IMG/VR virus record: IMGVR_UViG_3300021957_000009
Location: 1 to 64,000 of that record
DNA from: a virus
Reading direction: 5' to 3' (one strand)
Length of the DNA: 64,000 nt
The position numbers and the translations under genes were made by a program. Under the pieces are notes generated by a model. The model made no database searches. It was given only the letters and a program-made list of their open reading frames with translations, and had not been told where the DNA came from. Shown here piece by piece: positions 10,478-20,874 of this stretch (positions are counted from its first letter, which is position 1; every line of letters starts with the position of its first letter).

Positions 10478-12895
10478 TTAATTGTTATGAATAAAAGAAT
10501 TCACGTTATATTTATTTATATCACTTATAGAAGTACTTTGCAATTCTACATCGCCTAATACTTCTAAAGTTTCGTTAAAATCGTACAACATACCAGACTC
10601 TAATATATTTGTTTTCTGATTGTAGTAGTTGTTTTCTATTTTAGTTCTATATCCAGCTGGAATAACATTTACATTATAACCACCCATTGCTTTATCACTT
10701 GCTGGAGTTGATTGCGTAATTGTCCAATTTTGACCAGACGTAAGAACACCTATCTTTAAAGGAGAACCATTATATAAAGTTCTTCCTCTTACTGAAGGAT
10801 TAGTCTGAACGGGATTTGTAACTTTATTAAACTCTGGATCTACGTCAGTATGATTAAGCTCTATTTGTTTCTTGAGCTGAACCTCTTTAACTCTATTCTC
10901 GTTTTTAGCTTTAGAACCAAGATATATAAATGGCTCAAAGATATAACCAAATCCAGGATTTGTAATAACAGTTGATGCAACTTCACTAGGAACTAATTGA
11001 GCAACAGCTGTTGCGTTACCAGCAATAGATATTGTTGGAACTTCTGTATAACCACTTCCAGGATTTATTATTGTAATAAAAGATACTAGGCCATTTTCTA
11101 TACGAGCTCTCGCAGTAGCTCCACTTCCGCCACCGCCAGTTATTGAAACATTAGGTTCACTACTATAACCAGAACCGCCTGATTGCATTTCTATTTTGTC
11201 CACCCCGGTAGGCTTCAATATATATTTAGCAGTTGCTGTAACGTTTGTAGATGCTAAGTTTCCATCTGCATCTAAAGATGTAGGATCTGTAAACGTTATT
11301 GTTGGTGGAGTTGAATATGTTCTAGTTGTATTAGGTGTGACCACTAAATTTGCAAGCTTAGATATATTTGGATTAGCTGCGGTGTTTGCAAACGCCGATG
11401 AGTAACCTCCGCCAGCATTAGTTATTGACGCTGATATTACTTTACCTTGACTGTCTAATGTGGTTGTAATAGAAGCTTGTGTAATTGATTGGCCTGTAAT
11501 ATTAACACCATTCACGACAACAGTAGGAGCTGTAGAATATCCAAAACCACCTTCAACTATTTCAACTGATGTAATCTTACCGTAAGTTCCACTAGAAGAA
11601 TTTTGATCAACCGTAAGTGCCAATCTTGCAGATGAATGAATATTAGCAGCCGTAAATGGCAAGAAGCTTGAAGCAAAAAGTTTTACTAGTAAAGGAATAT
11701 CCTCAATACCGATAACACCTGGTTGTAAATCTGGCATTGAAGATAATGTAAACCTATTAGTTCTTCCATATCCAGTAAAGCTTTCGCCGGTTGGTAAATT
11801 GTGATTAGGTCCGCCAATATGGTAGAGGTCACGAGCTATTTTCTGATCGTCACCAAGCTCATCACGTGTACCAAATAATTGTATTAGAATTTCGGCAAAG
11901 TATTTAAACCCGGCCGGATGTACTAGACGCTCATAGAAAAAATTCCATGAACTTAAATTTTGACCAGTACGAATAAGATACGAAAACTTTTGATATCTTA
12001 AACTATCTTGAATTTTAATTGTGTCAGATAAGAAACCTTTTTTATCTAAGTATATACCACCTTTAGGAAGACTAGCATTAACTTCCCAATTACCTGATGA
12101 CGGTATAAGTGTTTCATCCCATGGATACTCGACTTCAACTTCATCGTCAAATAGTAATCTAAAAAATACTTCGATTGAATCTGCAGATCCACGAATTTTA
12201 TAATAGTCTACAATAGCTTTATATAGGTTTCTTTTATTTACTTGAATTGATCGCGGAACAACAGCTGCAATTTCTTTTTGAATTAGTTCTAAGTATACTG
12301 CAGCTGTGCTATCAATATCCATTGACTCTTCAATTGTATTAAGAGCGTAGGATGCACCAGGGCCGGCCCAATATTTTACTGGGGTAATAAGAGTTGCTGT
12401 TTTAGTATTTTCGTTATTTTGAAAACCTGTTACTGTAAATGTCTTACCGATATCTGAAGTAGAATCGGCAAGAGATCCTGGAAGGTTATTACCATTAGTA
12501 ATAGAAACATTTAATTCACCTAGATTAAGAGCAGTAATATTACCGCTACTATCTCTTACAGTTAATGTAGAGTTTGCTCCGTCATCATCTGTAAAGAAAT
12601 GATCATTCTCATTTCGTGGATCGTTTACTCTGAAGACTGCTCTATTATCTAATATGACATCTTCGTATGTTTCTGTTTCTTGATATATAAACTCTTGTAA
12701 GTTCATATATTTGTAATAAGCATCTAATAATACTTGTACACCACCAGAATTTTCTAAAATCTCTGAAGGTATTAGCTCTTGAGTTCTTAAAGTTTCTTTC
12801 GTCTTTGTATTCGACGAAGCAATAGATTCTACATATCCAGGAGAGGATATGTTAGAACTAAAAAGAGTATTATTAGATTTATGAGTTCCAGCCAT
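10478..12895 (-). CDS. gp7: Baseplate wedge initiator gp7-like
   Basis: YK.RGS..S..VFFRLLF..EVEV.YP; IQDS..YQ.FSY.I; LVHPAG.K.F; repeated GSGY modules; lies between gp6 and gp8. Confidence 0.75.
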   Translation of the reverse strand: MAGTHKSNNTLFSSNISSPGYVESIASSNTKTKETLRTQELIPSEILENSGGVQVLLDAYYKYMNLQEFIYQETETYEDVILDNRAVFRVNDPRNENDHFFTDDDGANSTLTVRDSSGNITALNLGELNVSITNGNNLPGSLADSTSDIGKTFTVTGFQNNENTKTATLITPVKYWAGPGASYALNTIEESMDIDSTAAVYLELIQKEIAAVVPRSIQVNKRNLYKAIVDYYKIRGSADSIEVFFRLLFDDEVEVEYPWDETLIPSSGNWEVNASLPKGGIYLDKKGFLSDTIKIQDSLRYQKFSYLIRTGQNLSSWNFFYERLVHPAGFKYFAEILIQLFGTRDELGDDQKIARDLYHIGGPNHNLPTGESFTGYGRTNRFTLSSMPDLQPGVIGIEDIPLLVKLFASSFLPFTAANIHSSARLALTVDQNSSSGTYGKITSVEIVEGGFGYSTAPTVVVNGVNITGQSITQASITTTLDSQGKVISASITNAGGGYSSAFANTAANPNISKLANLVVTPNTTRTYSTPPTITFTDPTSLDADGNLASTNVTATAKYILKPTGVDKIEMQSGGSGYSSEPNVSITGGGGSGATARARIENGLVSFITIINPGSGYTEVPTISIAGNATAVAQLVPSEVASTVITNPGFGYIFEPFIYLGSKAKNENRVKEVQLKKQIELNHTDVDPEFNKVTNPVQTNPSVRGRTLYNGSPLKIGVLTSGQNWTITQSTPASDKAMGGYNVNVIPAGYRTKIENNYYNQKTNILESGMLYDFNETLEVLGDVELQSTSISDINKYNVNSFIHNN
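10513..10520 (-). promoter_or_regulatory. T4-type late promoter TATAAATA
   Basis: Exact motif within the end of gp7, about 48 bp upstream of the gp8 start. Confidence 0.55.
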
Positions 12896-12896
12896 C

Positions 12897-14762
12897 TTAT
12901 CTTAGCCTTGAGGTCGTTGTATAATTAATTGTTCCTGATGAACCTGATACTGATATTGTATCTATGCTCGGAGTAATAATAACTCTTAATGGATCAATTG
13001 CAATTAACTGATCTCTTTTAGGAGCTAGGTCCAAAGAATTAGGTACAACTGTGATTCTAATAGTTGTATCCGAATCACTATCAGGAGTAAATTTATTTAA
13101 TGTGATTGTACCTTTTAACGGATCAACAATTCCGCAATCATTAAGCACTGTAATATTTTGAGAATTTACTGTCTTATATGCAATCACTTGTCTATTAGTA
13201 GAACCGTCAATTGGTATATCACCAAAATATAATTCTTCATTATTGTACTTAAACTTAGTTGAACTGATAACGTGCTTCTCAGCAGAACCAGTATCGTAAA
13301 ATGGAGAAGTAAAATTTAAAGAAAAGTTATTATCTAATTGACTGCCGTTTAAGTTTGGTGTAATAGTCATAAACATATATGGTCTTACACTACTGTTTTG
13401 AATAGAGGGATCTGCATTATCAATTGCTTTTAATAATTGCGAATGTCTAAACACACCGTCAAATTTATTTAGTTCGTTAAAGTTATAATCTGAAATTGTA
13501 TCTCTTACAACAGCTTGCAACTCTACTGAACTTCTGTCTGTTAGGTTGGGATTATATTTAAAGAAGCAATCGATTTCCAAATACGTATAATTAGGATCTA
13601 CAATCACTGGAGTAATCGATACAACACTCTTACCTTTTAGAATAGTATTCATGATTTCATTCTTTTCAGCCGCAGTTAATATTTCATTTACGATTGGCTT
13701 AATAGAAATATATACAGCACCATAATCTGGTGGATCGTTATCTTCACCACCCCAGGTAGAAATGGAATTAATGTTTGTAAATTCTTTCTTAATGATTGCT
13801 CTATAATCATCTGATGTTACTGCTCTATTCTGAGAAGTAAAAGTAAGTGGAGCATTAAAACGAATCGATTCGTTTGTTTCTTTTTCAACACCGCCTGCAG
13901 CTTTTGATAAAGTTGAAATACTAATATTACTATAACCGCCAATATTATCTACCTTCGTAAATACATTAGCACCATTCGAATCGCCTGCATTTGTAAAGAT
14001 ATAATCTAGAGTTACGATATTATTATTAATTGGTTTCTTACCAGTTACTCCATCACCAAAGTATATCTCATAAAACTCATTTGAATTTTCTTGTATATAA
14101 TATACACGACTAGAAGAATCAACATTCAATAGAGATTCAAACTGTGTATAGTTATCGTATGAAGTACTTAATTCATTTGCCTGAATAAGAACTCTAAGTG
14201 TAGATGTATCAGCATCGTCGTCGGACAGCTGGAACTTTTGATTTTCAATATCGTTATCTACTCTATATAAGAGTTTCTTTCTTGTACCTTCAACAATAGT
14301 AACATTATCAAACACAAATGTTGAACTAGGTGATAGTAAAGCAGTTTGTTCGTTTAGTACCACATATCTGTAATTTCTTCCATCAACATTAGTGGTCAGT
14401 TTAGCACCTCGAGGAAGAGTTAATGTAGATGGTATATTAGACGAGTTTTCTCCTGAGACATCAACTGTAATATTGACAATGGCTCTCGGCGCTAAAACTG
14501 AACGGGGTATGTAACCTAATAACTTTGCACGTGATACAATGTTACCACGTATTTGTGCCGAATCAAGGAATGCTTCATTCAGAGCAAAGTGAGCAGCCAT
14601 CGCATTATAATGCGTATTGTATGCTAACACATCAAGCAGCGAAGATAAACCTGAACCTTCGAAGTCATGACTACTAAACTCTGTCTGAGTCTTTAGATAG
14701 TTTTTTAAATTACTTTTGATTTGATCAAAATCAAGTTCGGTTACATTTAAATTCGTTGCCAT
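12897..14762 (-). CDS. gp6: Baseplate wedge subunit gp6
   Basis: LDFDQIK..LK.YL; FEGSGLS.LLDVLAYNTHY; QNRAVT..DY; WGGEDNDPP.YG. Confidence 0.92.
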   Translation of the reverse strand: MATNLNVTELDFDQIKSNLKNYLKTQTEFSSHDFEGSGLSSLLDVLAYNTHYNAMAAHFALNEAFLDSAQIRGNIVSRAKLLGYIPRSVLAPRAIVNITVDVSGENSSNIPSTLTLPRGAKLTTNVDGRNYRYVVLNEQTALLSPSSTFVFDNVTIVEGTRKKLLYRVDNDIENQKFQLSDDDADTSTLRVLIQANELSTSYDNYTQFESLLNVDSSSRVYYIQENSNEFYEIYFGDGVTGKKPINNNIVTLDYIFTNAGDSNGANVFTKVDNIGGYSNISISTLSKAAGGVEKETNESIRFNAPLTFTSQNRAVTSDDYRAIIKKEFTNINSISTWGGEDNDPPDYGAVYISIKPIVNEILTAAEKNEIMNTILKGKSVVSITPVIVDPNYTYLEIDCFFKYNPNLTDRSSVELQAVVRDTISDYNFNELNKFDGVFRHSQLLKAIDNADPSIQNSSVRPYMFMTITPNLNGSQLDNNFSLNFTSPFYDTGSAEKHVISSTKFKYNNEELYFGDIPIDGSTNRQVIAYKTVNSQNITVLNDCGIVDPLKGTITLNKFTPDSDSDTTIRITVVPNSLDLAPKRDQLIAIDPLRVIITPSIDTISVSGSSGTINYTTTSRLR

Positions 14763-14768
14763 ATTATT

Positions 14769-15218
14769 TTACCTTAAACGCCTTAATACGATTTCTACAT
14801 CTTCTTGAGTATCGTATTCTTTTATTCTAAATTTTACAAGTATTCTATAAGAGTTTGCATCTGGTTCATCTACAATATTTACGAACACCACCTCAACTCT
14901 TTGTTCTCCTGCCTTTATACACCTTACAATATTCTTACGTAATGTTTGTTTTGTGATCTCATCTGCTGGTTCAAAGAGTAATGCTCTTAGATTTGCACCA
15001 ACTCCCAGGTTAAATGGCTTCTCATAAAAGTTAGTAAGAAGCAAATTACGTACTGCATATTTAATTGCTACATCATCCTTCAAAGGAATAATATCCTGTC
15101 GAATTGGATGAAGCGCAAGATTTAAATCTAGGTCAGTCCACTGTCGGCTACGAGCAGACCGTGACGCCTTTCTGACATCCCCTATAACTGATTTATCTGA
15201 TAATATTTGTGTAGACAT
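14769..15218 (-). CDS. gp25: Baseplate wedge subunit gp25
   Basis: DLDL....HP...DI..LKD..AIK.AVRNL.LTNFYEKPF...G.NLR.LLFEP. Confidence 0.9.
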   Translation of the reverse strand: MSTQILSDKSVIGDVRKASRSARSRQWTDLDLNLALHPIRQDIIPLKDDVAIKYAVRNLLLTNFYEKPFNLGVGANLRALLFEPADEITKQTLRKNIVRCIKAGEQRVEVVFVNIVDEPDANSYRILVKFRIKEYDTQEDVEIVLRRLR

Positions 15219-15223
15219 ACTAG

Positions 15224-15231
15224 TATTTATA
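15224..15231 (-). promoter_or_regulatory. T4-type late promoter TATAAATA
   Basis: Exact motif 5 bp upstream of the gp25 ATG (probably a near-leaderless transcript). Confidence 0.7.
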
Positions 15232-15235
15232 CCTC

Positions 15236-15973
15236 TTATCCGATTGTTTTGTTGCCATCTTCATCATATGTGACAGCTGTAGATCCGCCATATGGTACAG
15301 AAGTCATGGTTGTTGCCGGACTTGGAGACGATGCACCACCAGTTCCAGGAACTTCTTCGTGTTTATGTGTTGCCAGTGTCGGTGCATTACCTGCATCAGT
15401 TGATACATCACCAACAGAGTGTGTCGTACTCGAAACATTCAATGTACCGGTGATCGAAGTGTTACCGACGATATTCACAGTCTGGTTAGAGGACGACATA
15501 TTAATAGTACCATCGGCTTCCATTCTCAGGAAGCTCCCGGACGTATGCTTGATATGGACACGTTCGGCACCCGGTGTATTGTCGACCTCTATGAGATGGC
15601 CGGCTTCGGTTTTGTGTACCTTATTGGTAGGAGGGTTGAGTTGCGCTTCTACCGGTATGTCAATCGTCCCATCAGTCGTGGATGCGATCGACCCCAGTAT
15701 AATGGCATCCTGCGCACTTGGACCGTCACGGAAGAATCCCACGACCCAGGAGCCAACCATCAGCTCATGGTTCGAGCCGAACCCTTTAAAGGAAGAGGAG
15801 GTATTTGGCATCATGACCGTCGACCAGTTCAGATGCTTCTTATCAATCGTCTCATCATAGAAACCATATGGCATCACCTTCACTCTATTGGATAAGAGAG
15901 GATCGTCGATATCAACAACGGATCCAATGAACCAGGTAAACTGACTACCTATGAATTGATCTAAGTTTTTCAT
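15236..15973 (-). CDS. gp5: Short gp5-like baseplate central spike (OB fold + beta helix, no lysozyme domain, C-terminal HxH)
   Basis: F.WFIG.V.D.DDP....RVKV; GSWVVGFFRDG..AQ...ILGS; NKVHKTE.GH.IE.DNTPG.ER.HI.H.SGS; ATHKH near the C-terminus. Start set at ATG 15973, preceded by GGAGG. Confidence 0.85.
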   Translation of the reverse strand: MKNLDQFIGSQFTWFIGSVVDIDDPLLSNRVKVMPYGFYDETIDKKHLNWSTVMMPNTSSSFKGFGSNHELMVGSWVVGFFRDGPSAQDAIILGSIASTTDGTIDIPVEAQLNPPTNKVHKTEAGHLIEVDNTPGAERVHIKHTSGSFLRMEADGTINMSSSNQTVNIVGNTSITGTLNVSSTTHSVGDVSTDAGNAPTLATHKHEEVPGTGGASSPSPATTMTSVPYGGSTAVTYDEDGNKTIG

Positions 15974-16043
15974 CGCGGCCTCCACACCAGATTTTTACCC
16001 GGGAAAATTTTTTGAGAGCATATGTTTGAAAACAAATCCACGA

Positions 16044-17348
16044 TCACGCCCCCTCTATGTTATCTAATGACTCTATATAGGAGTCTTTCTTCAGTAATAC
16101 CTGCATGATATACTCATCTTCAAATCTATGATCAATAGAGGTAACAACATATTTACCTGATAGGTACTTGTCTTTACCACGCTTTTCTTTTGTACTCTCT
16201 ACAGACTTTATTACATTACAAGTAATTACCATACCCACACACAGTTTAAAGTCTCCGTATATATCAATGGTCAATACCGTACCATCCATATTCTCTATGT
16301 ATGCATTTGCCGAAAGGATATCACTATCACTTGGTGCATGGTAGTTAGACCCACCGCTGGCAGCTGAAGTGTTCAAACTCACATAAAAGTTAGTCGATTC
16401 GCGGTGGCTCTCAATGGCCCTATCATCGAACACTAGGTTACTGGGTAGCACGCCATTCTTATTCAACATAAGGTCCTTACCATACTCATACGTAGTCTTC
16501 TTATATGTCTTCTGCGCAATGTCAAGAGTGTGTAGTGTAGAAGAATAAGCTCCCGCTGCTGCATCTATATACTTCGACATGTTTAAATCGGTAGATATCT
16601 TTAATATCTTATTCTTTAATTGTTTATTATATTCATCTCCACCTGGTGTAGAACTAACAGAAGGCGAATGCACGAATTCATTATAGTTATCCTTATTGAT
16701 TATATTCTCATAGGAATCAAAGTGAATACCCTGGCCGAGTGTCTCATAGAAGAAGAAAGGACTTCCGTTGTCATAAGATCTCCTTGTTAACCAGTTAATA
16801 AGATACATTGGTCTCATCCGTGGGTATACGCCAGTGATTGTTTGTTTAGTTTCTGTATTGATTGATAGTTCTTTTGGGTCAATCTTTAGTTCGTCTGTAC
16901 ATATATTCTTGATCAACTGTCCAGGTACATTGTTAAAAGGTTTAGATATGGTCTTCAGTTGTGACATATACGCATGCTCAGAGATACATTTGAACACATA
17001 TGTCTGTGTGCCTGGCTTTAGTTTAGCAAACGAAGATACCTCTGCGATCCTAAACGTATGACTGTACTTGTCTGTTTCCCCTCCAGCTAGTCTTCTTGTG
17101 ATCAGTAGGTCCAGTACCTCTCCACTCACGACTTTTAGTTTTTCGAGCACATTTGCAGCATCCAGTATATTGATACTACATTGCAATGATCCTGCATAGA
17201 GACTCTCTCTTATACTGATTTGCCCTACCAGGTCTGTTATATTGCGCGCTTCACCCTTACTGGGTGTGAGTATTACCTCTGCCAGGTTATATGATGATGG
17301 TACTAATGCATCAGAGCCATTGGCCAGCTTACTATTGACTCTACTCAT
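16044..17348 (-). CDS. Putative baseplate hub protein (gp27-like)
   Basis: 434 aa between gp53 and gp5; I.E.LY...L.C...I.D, FFFYET, LSGKYVVTSI.H motifs typical of hub proteins. Confidence 0.6.
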   Translation of the reverse strand: MSRVNSKLANGSDALVPSSYNLAEVILTPSKGEARNITDLVGQISIRESLYAGSLQCSINILDAANVLEKLKVVSGEVLDLLITRRLAGGETDKYSHTFRIAEVSSFAKLKPGTQTYVFKCISEHAYMSQLKTISKPFNNVPGQLIKNICTDELKIDPKELSINTETKQTITGVYPRMRPMYLINWLTRRSYDNGSPFFFYETLGQGIHFDSYENIINKDNYNEFVHSPSVSSTPGGDEYNKQLKNKILKISTDLNMSKYIDAAAGAYSSTLHTLDIAQKTYKKTTYEYGKDLMLNKNGVLPSNLVFDDRAIESHRESTNFYVSLNTSAASGGSNYHAPSDSDILSANAYIENMDGTVLTIDIYGDFKLCVGMVITCNVIKSVESTKEKRGKDKYLSGKYVVTSIDHRFEDEYIMQVLLKKDSYIESLDNIEGA

Positions 17349-18204
17349 CGTTGATTATTGCCTCATACTTGTCTGCGAACTGTGTTATATACTTAGGATC
17401 TATTACTCTTATCTGTGATCTTGCCTCATTTACTTCGAATAAGAATGATCTGTTTGTTTGAAACTCTAGCTCGGATGGTGGTGTGCCTCCAGGTATGAAT
17501 ACATTGTTACTCTCTACCCTTCTGTCACTATACTTGAAGCCATTTGCCCAATTATATAGTGCTTCTTCCTCTACATTGTCTGGAATCATACGGAAATATG
17601 AATGTGGGGCGTCCAGATACTGATATACATCATACGTATCTACACTATCTTCTGATTTGTTGCCTGTTAATTTTTCTACGGTACCATTAGAGGATGACCC
17701 AACGAAGGTTCCTACTACATCTTGCAAGACTAATTGATTCATATCCGCATTCTTCTTGACCAACGTGCCGGTTGCCCCGCTCGTACTACCTGTCAGTGTC
17801 TCTCCTAACTGGAATCTACCCGATAGGCTATTAGGATAGTCGAATGTCACACCTGCATCAGGTGAATCTTTTACACTTGGGTTGGTTGTGATGACCACTC
17901 CGGCGAACTCCTCATCCATATGGGCATGTAGCTTCTCTTGGCTCATAGGCCAGGCAGCAAGACCATCATGTAGGAAGTCATTAATGATGAAGAAGGTCCA
18001 GTAATACTGTGTTGTGCCATATAGGCGTTGCGATACGATGTCTGGTCTCTCGCCATTCTTGACACCATAGAAGGAATATGCATTCAGATCATCAAGAAAT
18101 GCATCTAATGGACGTGCTGCCCTATAGATATTGACCACCTTTTGCAAGATACCATTACGATCGAAGTCGTAATCAAGCTTTGGAAACTGTCTGAAGTAAC
18201 TCAT
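17341..18204 (-). CDS. gp53: Baseplate wedge subunit gp53
   Basis: YF..FP...Y; GERPD.VS..LYG...YYWTFFIIN (LysM-like); WP.S; NE.RSQIRVI.P.YI. Confidence 0.88.
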   Translation of the reverse strand: MSYFRQFPKLDYDFDRNGILQKVVNIYRAARPLDAFLDDLNAYSFYGVKNGERPDIVSQRLYGTTQYYWTFFIINDFLHDGLAAWPMSQEKLHAHMDEEFAGVVITTNPSVKDSPDAGVTFDYPNSLSGRFQLGETLTGSTSGATGTLVKKNADMNQLVLQDVVGTFVGSSSNGTVEKLTGNKSEDSVDTYDVYQYLDAPHSYFRMIPDNVEEEALYNWANGFKYSDRRVESNNVFIPGGTPPSELEFQTNRSFLFEVNEARSQIRVIDPKYITQFADKYEAIINDE

Positions 18205-18205
18205 A

Positions 18206-19096
18206 TTATTGTCCTCCTGCTAGCTCGACACTTTTATCGACTGCAGTATTAGATAGATCGGCAGTATATGCGGCTGCTTCTCCAGGGGTATCTGCAGTTG
18301 CACCAACCACGTGGCCTGCATCGTCGTAACCATCCTTATATACAAGATCTTCGCCATATAGGTCATCTCTTGTGATTGCCCTTACCTCTTGGAAGGTCAT
18401 TGATATGTCTATTTCTGTTGGTGCTGCACCTAATACACCATCATTTTCATGGAATGCATTGCCTGTTGCGTTATAGTTTGCGGCCATTGTAGTGAGATAT
18501 GTGTCTATAATACGTGGCATATACTTATTTGGCCTGCCTCCTGACATGAATTCAATACGAAATGTAGGTGGATACTCTAATGAACCGGTTCCTCTCTCCT
18601 TTGGATACATGTATTTGCGAAATGCATTCTCTATCTTATGGGCAATCACTGACTCTTCTTTTGATGTTGGTACTAGCTTAAATGCAAATTCGAATGATCT
18701 TACATTGACTCCTTCGAAGGTTGTGGCAGTATATGGATTGACTACAAGGCCTGATTTGAGCTCGAATGCAGTTGCAAGACCGCCGGATACACCGCCCCCT
18801 GCCTTGAATTTGCTTGTGAGCTTTGCGACCAGGTCAGATCCAGTCTTTGATTTTGTACCGCCCGTGCCTGCTCTACCGCCGATTCTCTTATCCTGTGCAA
18901 TAGAACCAATTGCACCAAGCTCTGAACTACCATAATTCATGTTATCGCTTGTGGCCATACCGATTGGTATGAACAGATGAATGTCAGTAAACTCGCCGAC
19001 AGTGCCTCTGGCCATGGAAAATGACACATGTGGAAAGCCTTCTTGTGATACTTTTGACCTCAGAGTCTCTGGGAATGTTAATATTGTGTGTGACAT
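18206..19096 (-). CDS. gp48: Baseplate tail-tube cap gp48
   Basis: VNP.....FEGV..RSF.F.FKL.P.S..ES; L.YP..F.I; P.EI...MTFQE. Confidence 0.8.
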   Translation of the reverse strand: MSHTILTFPETLRSKVSQEGFPHVSFSMARGTVGEFTDIHLFIPIGMATSDNMNYGSSELGAIGSIAQDKRIGGRAGTGGTKSKTGSDLVAKLTSKFKAGGGVSGGLATAFELKSGLVVNPYTATTFEGVNVRSFEFAFKLVPTSKEESVIAHKIENAFRKYMYPKERGTGSLEYPPTFRIEFMSGGRPNKYMPRIIDTYLTTMAANYNATGNAFHENDGVLGAAPTEIDISMTFQEVRAITRDDLYGEDLVYKDGYDDAGHVVGATADTPGEAAAYTADLSNTAVDKSVELAGGQ

Positions 19097-19110
19097 ATGC
19101 CTTTTACCTT

Positions 19111-19151
19111 TATAAATAGTAATACATTTAATAACTATAGATCTATTTATA
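19111..19151. promoter_or_regulatory. Face-to-face late promoters: TATAAATA (+, 19111-19118) for gp4 and TATAAATA (-, 19144-19151) for gp48
   Basis: Both exact motifs lie in the short divergent gp48/gp4 intergenic region. Confidence 0.8.
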
Positions 19152-19594
19152 TGGCTTACAAGGGCAAATACACAGTAAAGAACAAAAAGAAATACGTTGG
19201 TGATCCTACCAAGGTAACATATCGGTCATTATGGGAGCGCAATGCATTCCGTTGGGCAGAGTCTAATCCGCAGGTACGTGCATGGAACAGTGAAGAGGTT
19301 GTTGTACCATATAAGTGCAAGACCGATAATAAGCTGCATCGTTATTTCGTTGATATGCTTATTGAAATGACCAATGGTGAGATTATCCTTGTTGAAATCA
19401 AGCCTAAGAAGCAGACAGTACCTCCCAAGGCTGCACGTAAGACCAAGAAGCATTTGAATGAGGTAACCACATACATCAAGAATACATCTAAATGGAATGC
19501 TGCACAGCAGTATGCCAAGCATAAGGGTTGGAAGTTTCAAATATGGACTGAAGATACTTTACGCAATTTAGGTATCAAAGTGTTGAAAGGATAG
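19151..19594 (+). CDS. gp4: Head completion nuclease gp4 (TnsA-like)
   Basis: MAYKGKY...N..KY.GDP....YRSLWER; SEE..VPY; HRYFVD; EIKPKKQ. Start set at ATG 19151. Confidence 0.9.
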   Translation: MAYKGKYTVKNKKKYVGDPTKVTYRSLWERNAFRWAESNPQVRAWNSEEVVVPYKCKTDNKLHRYFVDMLIEMTNGEIILVEIKPKKQTVPPKAARKTKKHLNEVTTYIKNTSKWNAAQQYAKHKGWKFQIWTEDTLRNLGIKVLKG

Positions 19595-19602
19595 TATAAA
19601 TA
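19595..19602 (+). promoter_or_regulatory. T4-type late promoter TATAAATA
   Basis: Exact motif 5 bp upstream of the gp2 ATG. Confidence 0.75.
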
Positions 19603-19607
19603 GTATC

Positions 19608-20198
19608 ATGGCAAGTTTATTCGACACATTACAAGCACAAGCATTCAGGGCTGGAGTCGCTCCTCGTACGAAGGACGCTCAGCAATGGTTTCAACGTAAC
19701 GTTAAGAAGTTGGGTGATGTAAATCGCCGAAGCCTTCTTAAAGATGACGCATTGGATGTAACCACTAAGCCGAAAGCAGGCGACATGCTTATGTATTTCT
19801 ATGATCCAAAGCATAAGGCAACACTACCATACTATGATAGATTCCCGCTTACAATCATGGTAGAACCTGCAGCAGGTGGATTCTATGGATTGAATCTACA
19901 TTACTTATCACCAGCGGTACGTGCAAGATTCCTTGATGAGCTAATGAAATTAGGCCCAAAGAACATGAATGACACTACACGTCTACAAAGAATGAGATAC
20001 AAAACACTCAAGGGTGTTACTAAATATAAAGAATTTAAGCCGTGTTTCAAGCATTACCTTATGAATCACGTAGAATCTAGGATGGTAAGAGTGCCTATGA
20101 CTGAATGGTCTATTGCAATCTTCTTACCAACAGAACAATTTAAGAACGTTAAAGCACAATCAGTGTGGAGATACTCAAGGAAACAATACGCATCATGA
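19608..20198 (+). CDS. gp2: DNA end protector gp2
   Basis: YFYDPK.K.TLPYYD.FPL; GLNLHYL; KPC.KHYL; W..A.FLP.EQF. Confidence 0.9.
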   Translation: MASLFDTLQAQAFRAGVAPRTKDAQQWFQRNVKKLGDVNRRSLLKDDALDVTTKPKAGDMLMYFYDPKHKATLPYYDRFPLTIMVEPAAGGFYGLNLHYLSPAVRARFLDELMKLGPKNMNDTTRLQRMRYKTLKGVTKYKEFKPCFKHYLMNHVESRMVRVPMTEWSIAIFLPTEQFKNVKAQSVWRYSRKQYAS

Positions 20199-20857
20199 AC
20201 AGCATAGACAACCTTAAGGCAACAATTGCAAAGAAAGGTGGAGTTGCAATGCAAAACCGCTTTCAAGTATTCTTTACACCGCCTACTGCAAATAGTGTTA
20301 AGTCATTATTGAACTCAGATCCTAAAGTATTAGTAGGTGACATTGCAAAGAACGCTATATCAGGCGGTAGTATTAGGAATATGATACCTGATCCACGTGA
20401 TATATCAATACTATGTGAGGCGGTCAACCTGCCTGGTAGACAGATCACTACAATTGAATACACTGCTGAAAAGCAATCGATTAAGATACCTTATGGTGCT
20501 ATAAACGAAGATGTTACTATGTCTTTCATACTCACTAATGATTACTTCATGAAGAAACTATTTGATTCGTGGCAATCAGGTGTATTTGATATGGAAAGAT
20601 ATAGAGCAGGATATAAAAAAGATTTTACGACTGATATAATTATACAACAATTAAATCAGCAAAATATTCCGGTCTACGGTGTTAAGTTGGAGAATGCATT
20701 TCCAGTTACCGTAAGCTCGATAAATATGGATAATAACAGTGAAAACACTATCCAGAAACTGAATGTGACTTTGAGTTACGAAAACTTTGTGACCGAGGAC
20801 ATAGTAGATACGATTAAATCGACTGCTGGTGTCGTTGGTGCAACACTTGGTATTTAA
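20195..20857 (+). CDS. Tail tube initiator gp54 / gp19-like protein
   Basis: GG.A..NRF.V; LCE...LPGR; YK.D....I.I.QL; L.NAFP..V. Start set at ATG 20195, overlapping the gp2 stop. Confidence 0.75.
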   Translation: MNSIDNLKATIAKKGGVAMQNRFQVFFTPPTANSVKSLLNSDPKVLVGDIAKNAISGGSIRNMIPDPRDISILCEAVNLPGRQITTIEYTAEKQSIKIPYGAINEDVTMSFILTNDYFMKKLFDSWQSGVFDMERYRAGYKKDFTTDIIIQQLNQQNIPVYGVKLENAFPVTVSSINMDNNSENTIQKLNVTLSYENFVTEDIVDTIKSTAGVVGATLGI

Positions 20858-20874
20858 TATAATAGGAGAATATA

